Source: Curvularia clavata (lineage: Eukaryota). From it: DNA of 64,000 bases. The notes below the pieces were generated by a model. The model was not told where the DNA came from. It did no database searches and worked only from the letters and a program-made list of their open reading frames with translations. Location: NCBI GenBank assembly GCA_023920165.1, contig CP089276.1, positions 2,170,001 through 2,234,000 on the forward strand, given 5' to 3'. Below are positions 1 to 10,055 of this stretch, piece by piece; positions within the stretch are counted from its first letter, which is position 1; each line of letters begins with the position of its first letter. The position numbers and the translations under genes are program-made.

Positions 1-608
1 TTTGAGTGGGCGCGTACCCTTGGACTACTGTGGCTGAGGTCCGCACGGCGGTTGAGACGATGGCTCGCCACAGCCACCCCGGGACGGCCGGCACCGGGAT
101 CAAGCCGAAGCAACACGGCAAGCGTCATGTCTCCACGCGGGGAGGGAGTGCAAAATACCGCCATTGCTGTCGGCAAATGCTAGGATACACGGCTGTACTT
201 TAAAGCCTGTCTTGCGGTACTGCACGTACCTACTCGGCATACACAACATACGCCGGCCATACCCCGTGAGATGTGCACATCGCTAGTCTCGTCTCGTGGC
301 ATGCGAGCTATACGCGTCGAAAACGCGACTGGCGCCATGTGCGAAGCTTAGTTTCACTTTGAGTCTATTAAAACCCATATGTGCCATGGTTCGTTTTCTT
401 CTTTCTCCTGTCAAGTCTAGCACATGCGGCAAACCCAGATGAGGACCGACCGTGGCCGTAGGGCTGAGACGCGCCTCCGCATTGGCCACGCCCTGACGCA
501 ACTCATCCCCACATCAGTGTCTCAGGCACCAAGGCGAGCTGAATGCTCGTCCAACAGATAAATCCTCTGGTCCGCACCTGCTGCCTTCACATCACCTCTC
601 CCCACATC

Positions 609-2037
609 ATGAAACCCACTCGCGCCCTTCTGTCGGGCCTTGTGGCCGCCAGCAATGTCGCCGCAGCCCTCCAGCACGGCGCATCCCAACAAACAGTCCT
701 CGACGCGTCGGCCAAACAACCCGCCAAACCTGTGGGAGTTGGTCACTTCAGCGAATGGAGTCGCCAGACCAAAAAGGAGTTTCTGATTGACTGGCAAGCT
801 GGCAAAGAGTCGGAATGGATCTTGGTCCAAGGCAATGAGGGTGGTGACTTGGACTCGATGACTGCGGCACTTACTTGGGCGTACCATCTCGAACATTTAA
901 CTATGAATTCGTCCAACCCCGTCAAAGCAATTGCTCTGCTACAGACACCATCACATGCCCTCGACCTGAGGCCTGAAAACAAGGTGGCGCTGGACAATTC
1001 GCAAATGACGCCTGGCCACGAAGATCTGCTTACCCTGGACGAACTACCCGAAGATCCAGAAACACTCAGCAAGAAGCTCAAGGGCATTGTCCTGGTCGAC
1101 CATGCAGCACCCCTGAGAAAATGGTCACAGGCAAAGATTCTGAGCATCATAGACCACCACAAAGATCGTGGCACCGCACCAGATGCTGACCCTCGGATAT
1201 TTGAGACTGCGGCGAGTTGCACGACCCTCGTCGCCCGTCAAATGCTCGATGAGCTCGAGCAGCTCGAGGAAGAATACCACATGCCGCACGAGCTGCTCGA
1301 ACTTATTCTCAGCGCCATTGCCATTGACTCTGGCGGCCTGACAAGCGACAAGACCACCAAGGCCGACATTGAGACGTCGAAGCGTGTCCTCGCACGCAGC
1401 AACTGGAGGGACAACGAATTGGACGACGTCATGGAGGACCTTGACGACAAACTTACCAAGGCTCAAAAGAACATTGATAAGCTTGGTTTGTACGATCTGT
1501 TGCGTCGTGATTGGAAGTCTGATGTTATCGACACGCCTTCTCCACGCACCCCCACCATAAGCGTCGGCTTCGCTTCTATTCCTTACTCGATGGATGAGCA
1601 AATCCTCAAGACTGAGTTCGAAGAGCTGTTTGGTATGTTCTCCCTTGTCTTCCCCATGTCATATAAATGACACACCCCAAGCTAACGCACTTACAGACTG
1701 GTTCGCAATCCACGCCGCTTGGACAGCCCACGCAAACGTTGACGTCTCCATCTCTGTCAACAAGTTCAAGAAACACTACAAGGACGGAAGCAAGGAGAAG
1801 ATCAGAGAGGTCGTACTAGTAGTCCGCGACGACGTTCGCATCGATCAGAACCAAGCCGACTCGCTGTTCACGCTCGTCAAAGACGCCATTGAGAATAATG
1901 ATTTGGGAATTGATTTCCAGCCGTGGCACAGGGCGGATGAGCTGGCACCTCGCCAGATGGTGTGGCAACACAGGTCTGATGCTGGCAGGAAGGTCATCAA
2001 GCCATTGGTTGAGGACGCCATCACGGGCTGGGACTGA
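609..2037 (+). CDS. DHH-family exopolyphosphatase (Ppx1/Prune-like) with N-terminal signal-peptide-like leader
   Basis: ATG 609; motifs GNEGGDLDS, VLVDH, IIDHH, ASCTTLV, AIAIDS, LLRRDWK; intron 1633-1696 (GTATGT..GCTAAC..CAG) joins the 543..1670 and 1594..2037 ORFs; TGA 2035-2037. Confidence 0.85.
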
Positions 2038-2537
2038 AAGAGACTTGAGGGGAGTAAAAGCGTCCTGTTGTTCATGTACTATTGCTATCGTCACCTGCAT
2101 CACAATACACAAGGACACATGTGACATCATGATTCATCATTCTTAGGCTACGTAAGCACACTTCATCGCAATGCTAAAAACATAAAACAACCCCCAAAAG
2201 AAAACCACACTCCCAGCACGAGTACCCGGATCCGCCTGGCTGTGTTCAGCAGTCCCCATTGAGAGCCTTCCCTTTCGGGCGGCTGGAACTCAAATGGAGA
2301 TGCCTCATTCAAGCCCCGGCAAGACAGAGATACTGGCTGGGAGGTGACAAAAGAAACAAAACCAGCTCGGGGATAAATACAAAACTGAACCAAGCACAGA
2401 GCGAGAAAACAACGGCTCGGGGTGAACACAGAAAACAAATCAATCATGCCCACAGACGACTCCGCCCAAATGCAAAAAACGAGGGGTATCAAACGCTGAA
2501 TAAGCAATGCTGGTGTAAATATGTCCATCTATGGGCG

Positions 2538-3278
2538 CTACCGAGGGCGGACATTACGCGCAGCTGCTGGCTTGCGGGCATTTGCTGCATTGTTCTTGGG
2601 TGATAGTACTTGGCCGGCGGCCGGCTTGGTGCGAGATCCGGCACGGGTCGAACGTGTGCTGCCCACAGTTGCAGGCTTGTCCCCTTTCTCTGTCTTCTCT
2701 GGCTTCTCGGCTGCAGGTTTCTGGGCAATGGTCCTAGTGCGCTTCTTGGGTACAGGCAATTCTGAGTTCTCCTTGTCCTCGCCCGACAAATCGTTACTAC
2801 TGCGCCTTTTCGCCCGGGCTGTCTGTGTTGGCTTGGCATATGCGGGGGTGGGCTTTGTAGGTTTGGTGGTAGTCTTGACGCGCTCTTCTTGAGAAGATGT
2901 GGGTCTCGAAGAGGCACTAGCATTGCTGGGTGCAGCAGTACGCGTTTTGCGTGCAGCGGTGTTGGTGGCAGTACCAGCTGCCTTCTTGGTAGTAGTTGTT
3001 TTTGCGGTGATAGGAGCAGCAATCGTGACATTTGCTGCTAGTGCTGGAGGGATGGCGGGCTGCGTAGGTGCTGATGCCTTGAGGAGGTCGACAAGCGCGG
3101 TCTGGCGCGTCACCATGGGGACACGGTTGACGCGTCGCTCGAGACGCGACCGCATGCTTGTGCATTGTGCCTGGCACTGCGCTCGAAGCTTCTCAATGCG
3201 TGCCTCGATCTCGATTTGGAGGTTGAGAATCATATTGGACTTGGCATCAGCCGCGATACCGTCGGTAATGCTGGTCAT
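2538..3278 (-). CDS. Borealin/Nbl1 N-terminal domain protein (chromosomal passenger complex)
   Basis: N-terminal helix MILNLQIEIEARIEKLRAQC..RLERRVNRVP fits the Nbl1/Borealin_N pattern; basic low-complexity tail with DKEN; 5'UTR intron 3288-3343. Confidence 0.75.
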   Translation of the reverse strand: MTSITDGIAADAKSNMILNLQIEIEARIEKLRAQCQAQCTSMRSRLERRVNRVPMVTRQTALVDLLKASAPTQPAIPPALAANVTIAAPITAKTTTTKKAAGTATNTAARKTRTAAPSNASASSRPTSSQEERVKTTTKPTKPTPAYAKPTQTARAKRRSSNDLSGEDKENSELPVPKKRTRTIAQKPAAEKPEKTEKGDKPATVGSTRSTRAGSRTKPAAGQVLSPKNNAANARKPAAARNVRPR

Positions 3279-3455
3279 GGTTGCGGTCTGAAAAACACAT
3301 AAGCAGCTGCATGACAAATGGCAAGCAGGAAGGTGGGACATACAGTTGTAAAAGTCCCAAATTTGCTGACGGGGTTCACAGTAGCCTTGAGAAGCCCCGA
3401 TATCGTGTTTGTTACAGAGGCTGCGTCTTCCGGGTGCGGTGCACAGGAGGTAAAC

Positions 3456-3477
3456 ACGCGTGTGAGAACGCGACGCG
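3456..3477. promoter_or_regulatory. MCB-like elements (ACGCGT, ACGCGACGCG) upstream of the borealin-like gene
   Basis: ACGCGT 3456-3461 and ACGCGACGCG 3468-3477, just upstream of the 5'UTR intron of a mitotic gene. Confidence 0.45.
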
Positions 3478-4056
3478 GATGGCGGCAAGGTGTTTTGAGC
3501 TTGGAGAGAAGAGTATGAACACTTTCTAGTACTTCTGCGAAGGCTGCAGAGGATTTTCGTGTATTGTGTTGTAGTTGCGGGTGGTGTTGGTTGCAGCTTC
3601 TAAATCTTGGGTGGGAAGTTGGAGGAAGGAAGAGAGGAGCTGCTGCGAGGGCGTTTTGTACACCAGCCAGCGCCAAGATGACGCACTCACCGTTGCTACA
3701 ACCAGTCAGGCTACAATCACATGTCTTGAAAAGACATATTCTATATACCAGTGCCTCCAACACAAATTGTATAGAAAGCTGCACCGCAGGACGTACAATC
3801 TGCCATATACCAAGCGGCGAGTAAGATCTCGATCAACAGCCTTGTGATACGAGTCATTGCGTCAGATGCGCATGCGCACGGTCTCCCGTCCGCCGGTTGC
3901 TCCCTGACATCGCTCCTCCCACGTGACGTCGGAGGTCTGGTTGCCAGCCTCCGTCCTCCGCTGCGGCGACCTAAGCTCAGCAGCATACCGTCACCGTCGA
4001 TCTAAGCAACTACCTCCAAACAATCACTTCAACACACAGGACAAATCACATTCAAG

Positions 4057-5052
4057 ATGGTGTTGGAAGCTTCTATGATAGTGTAAGTCTGCCTCCGTAC
4101 TCTACATTCCTCTCGTTGCTAACTATTGCAGTGTTGACAACAGCGAAGCTAGTCGGAATGGCGATTATGTACCCTCGCGATGGGAAGCGCAACAGGACGC
4201 TGTCAATATGATCTTCTCCGCAAAGACTGGAGCAAACCCAGAGTCTTCCGTTGGTTTGATGAGCATGGGGGGCAACACGCCGGAGATCCTTACGACTCTG
4301 ACAACGGACATTGGCAAGGTGCTCGACGGACTGCACAGGACAAAGATAAAGGGTAGCTCACATTTCGTCACTGGTATCAATGTTGCAGCGGTATGTCATC
4401 TTATGGAATCGAGAAAAGCAGTTTCTAACACGAAAACGCACAGTTGGCTCTGAAACACAGGCAGAACAAATCGCAGAAGCAGAGGATAGTCATATTCAAC
4501 TGCAGTCCCATCGACGAAGACGAGAAGAACCTGATCAAGTTGGCGAAGAAGATGAAGAAGAGCGGCATCAGCATCGATATCATCGCATTCGGCGAACTTA
4601 GTGACGACACCACGCGGAAACTCCAGGCCTTCAGCGACAACGTACAGAGCGCCGAAGGCTCCCACCTAGCTATTGTTCCACCCAGCGCGAACCTGCTCAG
4701 CGATTCCCTGATTACCACACCTATAGTTGGCGGAGAAGGCGCCTCGAACGCTGGAGGCGACGGTGGCTCTGGAGGTGGTGGCGGTGCATCAGGCGGCAAC
4801 GACTTTGAATTCGGAGTAGACCCTTCAGTCGATCCGGAACTTGCACTTGCGCTCAGGATGTCTTTCGAAGAAGAGAAAGCACGGCAGGAAAAGGACAAGA
4901 AGGCAAAGGAAGCTGCTGAGGGCAAGTCAGAGCTTGAGCCCGTTGCTGAGGGCGATGAGAAGCAGCCGTTACTAGACGACCAGGGCCAGCCTAGCGGAAG
5001 TGGAAGCAAGAACAAGAAGGACGACGACCAAGATAAAATGGATACAGCATGA
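4057..5052 (+). CDS. RPN10: 26S proteasome regulatory subunit Rpn10
   Basis: MVLEASMIVVDNSEASRNGDY vWA start, ALKHRQNKSQKQRI, UIM FGVDPSVDPELALALRMS; introns 4083-4131 and 4391-4443. Confidence 0.97.
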
Positions 5053-5527
5053 GCCTGAGTAAGCACGGCATGGCATGAAAGCATGTTCGCCACAGCTTGT
5101 GTACGAGGCCTTTAAACTGGGCAGAGCATCTGCGGCGTCTACTGTATGACTAGAGCTAGTGTCTACCACATCTGACACAGATGGATGAATTAAACAAATA
5201 ATGACTTTGACTGTCTCCAAAGGCCGATGCCATGCACCCTATGGTGGGCCCCCTCATTTCTCTCTATATGACTGTTCCCAACCAAGCGACGCTTCAATTA
5301 CGTCGACGTCCGCAGTAACCATTGAAGTGATTGAGAGTCGCACAGCTTCGAGGACGCTACTTTGAAGTATTTCCCATGACCAACACATCCTCTGACGTGC
5401 AATATGCGTGCAAGATGGGCGTGCGGGCTGGGCGTTTCCTACGTGGCCATGCGTGTGGACTGGAGCAGTATGCCATCGCCAGTCCCTTTTTCCGCAGTCA
5501 TCGTGTTCTTGTTGCGATGCGCTATTC

Positions 5528-6087
5528 TCAGCCCCTAACCTTCACAAATCCATCTAATCCCCTGTCGAACTTGTCGCAACGGATCGGCATTTCTACGGTG
5601 TAGAATGGATTCTTCATCACATAGTCTGCATACAGCTCGTATATCTTCTTGATCATTGTATCCACGTTCGGCTGTTGCGGCTCAGTGAAGAGCAGAAACT
5701 TGACTCCAGTTTGTGTTTGAAAGCATTGGATGCGGAAGTGGGAACTCTCTAGTACTTCAATACCGGTTGCGCGGACTGGGAAGGTTTGTAGGTTGGGGGT
5801 GGTGGTGGATGGAGGGGGTGCGCGAGCGGGTGGAACAGGAGATAGTTGCGCGGTGATAGCGTGCATTCTGGGCATATGGTCAGAGAATTTATGGCTGCGC
5901 TTGTAGTGGGACTAACCCATGGAACGATCCAGCGAGCATGAGGTAGTCATTGCTCGTAAGCTTGGCCATGCCGGTATGGAATTCGCGGTTGTAGATAAGC
6001 CCACCGGACTTGCTAATTATGAAGAGGGCAAAGACAACCCTACTGTTGTTAGCCAGGACTCCATGATGTAAGACTTGGGCCATACAT
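5528..6087 (-). CDS. TRS23: TRAPP complex subunit Trs23 (sybindin family)
   Basis: VVFALFIISKSGGLIYNREF, LTSNDYLMLAGSFHG, FQTQTGVKF, YELYADYVMKNPFY..EMPIRC; introns 6040-6085 (splits the ATG) and 5868-5916. Confidence 0.92.
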
Positions 6088-6612
6088 GTTGCAGACTTAA
6101 ATGTGCTTGCCAACTACCGCGACAATGGAAGCGTGGTGTTGCGGCCTGGGTTCCGTGAGCGGTGACGGATTCTGCCCCCCTCCGCATACATCTACCTGCA
6201 ACCTGAGCTAAGGCTTCAATACCCAGGCCTGCCTTGACAACACTACGGTCCACGGCCTGCTTACGACTTGTTTCACCACTAAAGACACAGTTTCCGTGTT
6301 TCCACGCACGACATTTTCTTCTCGTCTCACATCCTTGCGAATCATACGCCCAACAACGCCGCGCAACACAACAGTCGAACCCACGAAGCCCTTGAATACT
6401 GCAGTATTTGCGCATTTGCTCTGTCAGTGCTTTAGCCTGGAGGTACCTGAGCGACTGCTTGCTGGTCGTGGACTGCTTTCCATAACGTAACCATACAGAC
6501 CGCTCAATCCTGTGTTCCCTCTGGGCCCTCACTTAAGCCCACGAACCCCGCGCCTCAAACCCACTCAACGAACTCACAAACAAGGCCATAACCGAAGGGC
6601 TGTTACAAAGTC

Positions 6613-7979
6613 ATGTCAAATCAATGCATTCTCAGAATCACCCGTGAACTGGGCGAGATTCAACGTGGATCTGACCTCTCGATAGCGGTCGCCTGCCGCG
6701 ATATCGATGTGCGCCACGTGCGGGCATTGATTATAGGTCCTCCCGATACCCCGTACGAATTCGGCTTCTTTGAGTTTGCCATCAAGTTTACGCGGGACTA
6801 TCCTACCAAAGCACCAAGTGTAACAGCCATAACTACCAACGGCGGCCGCACGCGCTTCAATCCCAACATCTACGCAGGCGGGAAAGTATGCCTGTCGATT
6901 CTTGGGTAAGTATGTCGTGTTATCTACATGGCTTCACATTGACAAGGTTCAGCACATGGCGAGGCGAGCGTGGCGAAGAATGGTCATCCGCACAAGGCCT
7001 CGAATCGATCCTCATCTCTATCCAGAGCCTCATGTCTGCCAACCCGTACGAGAACGAACCTGGTTTTGAAGACGCAAACTCCGACTACGACAAGAAGAAC
7101 CAAGAGGCGTATGTGGACAAGATCCGGCATGAGTCTCTCCGTATATCCGTCATTGAGCGCCTCGAGGAGTATCTAGGAATCAACAGGCAGAGGCCTGGCG
7201 TGACGATCTACAACGCTGAAGAAGACTATCAGTCCAGCAGAGATGACGCGCCCTTCGAACCTTTCAAGGACCTCTGCAAGCGGCGTTTCTTGTGGTACTA
7301 TCAGTCCTATCTTTCTAGGGTGGATGAAGCAGTGAAGCGAAACAAGGATGGAGACCGATTCGAGAAGATGCCATTTGAAGGCCCAGGCAATACCATGGAA
7401 GGTACCTTCCAATACACGTCTCTCAAGGAGCGTCTTATCAAGATTTTTGAGACTCTCAACAAGGAAATGGAGTCATGGGCCATGGAAGGCATGTCTGCTG
7501 TTAAGAAAGAGATGAGCATCGCCAATAATCTCCAGAGGCAATACGAGCAGATTGTTGAGAAGTACAAGAAGCAAGACGCGATCGCGCTAGATCTCGACCT
7601 AGTCGACAAGAATCCGTTTGTATGGCAGCTGGTTCTCTTTGGCCGGCCCATGACGAACCTTGACGGAGGCATGTTCCGGATCAGGTTATACATTAGTCCA
7701 AAGTTTCCAGACGTACTACCTCGTGTTAGGTTCGAGGCACCCATTCTGTATCATCACCGTGTATCCCCGGACGGCATTCTCTGCTATGACGCTGCTCGTA
7801 AGGACGACATGCGGTCGCATATCGAAGCTATCATCGCAGCTATCGAGGAGGAATCGCCTGCGTATGATCCCCGCACGCTAGTAAATCCTGAGGCTGCCAG
7901 GCTCTTCTGGGGCACTCCAGAGGAGAAGAAGTTGTACAACCGTCGCCTGAGGCGATCCGCGCAAGACAGCGCTGAGTAA
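6613..7979 (+). CDS. Ubiquitin-conjugating enzyme, UBE2Z/BIRC6-type, with a second C-terminal UBC-fold domain
   Basis: [45 protein letters not shown]; second domain GRPMTNLDGGMF..FP..P.VRF..YHHRVSPDGILC; intron 6906-6952. Confidence 0.9.
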
Positions 7980-8624
7980 GTCGTCATTTATGTTTCCATG
8001 GGTATGTGCTGACCATGACGTAGAAATTTCTTTTAGGTGTTTTGTTTTCAAAGGAAAAAGAGAAAAAAAAAGGGCAGATGACGATTTAACGGCCGACCAC
8101 ATCAGTTATGAACTTACATGATACCCCAGGTCTAATCAAGGCTTGCATTATACGGCGTTTGTGGGCCATAGGCATCGTAGTATGAAAGATCGGTGTCCCG
8201 AGGTATGGCGTTGGTCAAGCAATGGTGGTGCATTTCATTATGAATGTACCATATTTTCAGGTCAACGCGTCTATGCGTGTGCATGTATCTATAGGGAACT
8301 GAAGTAATTAAATATGAATAAAATCTTTACATGCAACGTCCCTCCTCATACTTGTAATCTAGATGCAGTCCCGCGTTTAGCATGTGCACTCCGGAGCCTG
8401 GTTTATGATGGAGTATAGTTATTACATTTGTTATTGGCTGTAAGCTTTTTGGAAGGTGATGGTGCAAGATCGCTCATGTGCAGAGCGAGACCGGATTAAG
8501 ACCGTTGGACCCTGAGCAACATGTGGGGACTGCCAATCATCCCTTGGGACGGAAATCGATCTCCCGAGCACTCTCCGCAAACAAACCCTAAACATCGCAT
8601 CGCCATTACCACACCTCAATCACC

Positions 8625-9795
8625 ATGTCGCGTGCAGAAGAAATAGAATCTCTTGGGAAGGTCCTTGTCATCGGAGGATGCGGCTTCCTGGGTAGCCACA
8701 TCGTTAGCTTCATCGTGAAGCGTCACCCAAAGACACAGGTCGCAGTCCTCGATTTACGAACCACCTCGAATCGCCATTCTAGCCCGACCGTCTCCTATCA
8801 CGATGGCGACATCACTGATGCCGCAGCAATGAAGGCTCTGTTTGCCCAGATCAAGCCCCACGCGGTCATCCACACAGCCTCTCCACACTTCGACCTGAAG
8901 CCTGAGATTCACGAAAAAGTCAATGTTGGAGGAACAAAGGTTTTGCTGCAAGCGGCACAAGAGGCTGGAGTCAAGGCATTCGTGTACACAAGCTCAGCAA
9001 GCGTAATTCTCGATCACCAAACAGAACTCATCAATGCGGATGAAAGGTGGCCTCTGGTGACTGGAGATGATCAGCCCGAATACTACACCACAACAAAGGT
9101 AAGCGGATAGTCTGATTGAACGCTCCTCGCTTCCCGCTAACACATGTACATAGGCCTATGCAGAGACAGCCGTACTCCAGGCGAACCGCAACCCCGAGAA
9201 CTTCCTAACCTGTGCCATCCGTCCTGCAGGCATCTTCGGCGAAGGCGACGTTCAATTGCTTCCTAAGATGGTCACCGCGTGCCGCAAGGGACAAACAAAG
9301 TTCCAAGTCGGCGATAATACAAACATGTTTGACTTCACTTATGTCGAAAATGTCGCCCATGGTCATGTCCTCGCGGTTCTGGCCCTCCTCCATACCCACA
9401 AAGTCCTGCCCACTATTCCGCTGGATACAGAACGTGTCGATGGTGAAGCTTTCTTCATCACTAATGGCCAGCCCGTCTACTTCTGGGACTTTGCGCGCAA
9501 GGTATGGCACGAGGCGGGCGATCGGGTACCCTTAAGCAGCGTCTGGCATCTCAGCGCCGACTTTGCATGGGTCATTGGCGCGATCCTGGAAAACGTGTTT
9601 TGGCTCATGGGCAAGAAACCGAACCTGACCCGAGCTCAAGTAAAGTACAGCAGCATGTCGAAATACCACAGCATCAACAAGGCAAAACAGCGGTTGGGTT
9701 ACGAGCCGCTTGTTGATCTGGACGAGGGCATCAGGAGAGGTGTCCAGTATATCTTGGAGCAGGAGAAGAAGGCAGGCGAGAAGAAAGGACAATAG
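8625..9795 (+). CDS. ERG26: Sterol-4-alpha-carboxylate 3-dehydrogenase (C-3 sterol dehydrogenase/C-4 decarboxylase)
   Basis: Rossmann GGCGFLG, VYTSSASV, catalytic YTTTK, IRPAGIFGEGD, FDFTYVENVAHGH, C-terminal KKGQ ER-retrieval-like motif; intron 9099-9153. Confidence 0.92.
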
Positions 9796-10055
9796 ACGCG
9801 TCTAGAATCTGCCCAAAATTTCATGAGAATATGTCATAGTGGAATTGGTTTCCATCTGTTACACGTAGCAAATATAGTAGTAATGTAATTAATTGTAGCT
9901 ATGATTTGGGATTCACCATGATGTTGGCTGGATGTGGTTAGAGTCTCCCAAGCGGACCCACTCTTCTCTTGGTTAAGTCGACTCCGTCGCGCGCAAGCTC
10001 ATTGACTTAGCAACCCCACGTCCATCCCCACCACCATGGAGCGCAATCACGAAGT

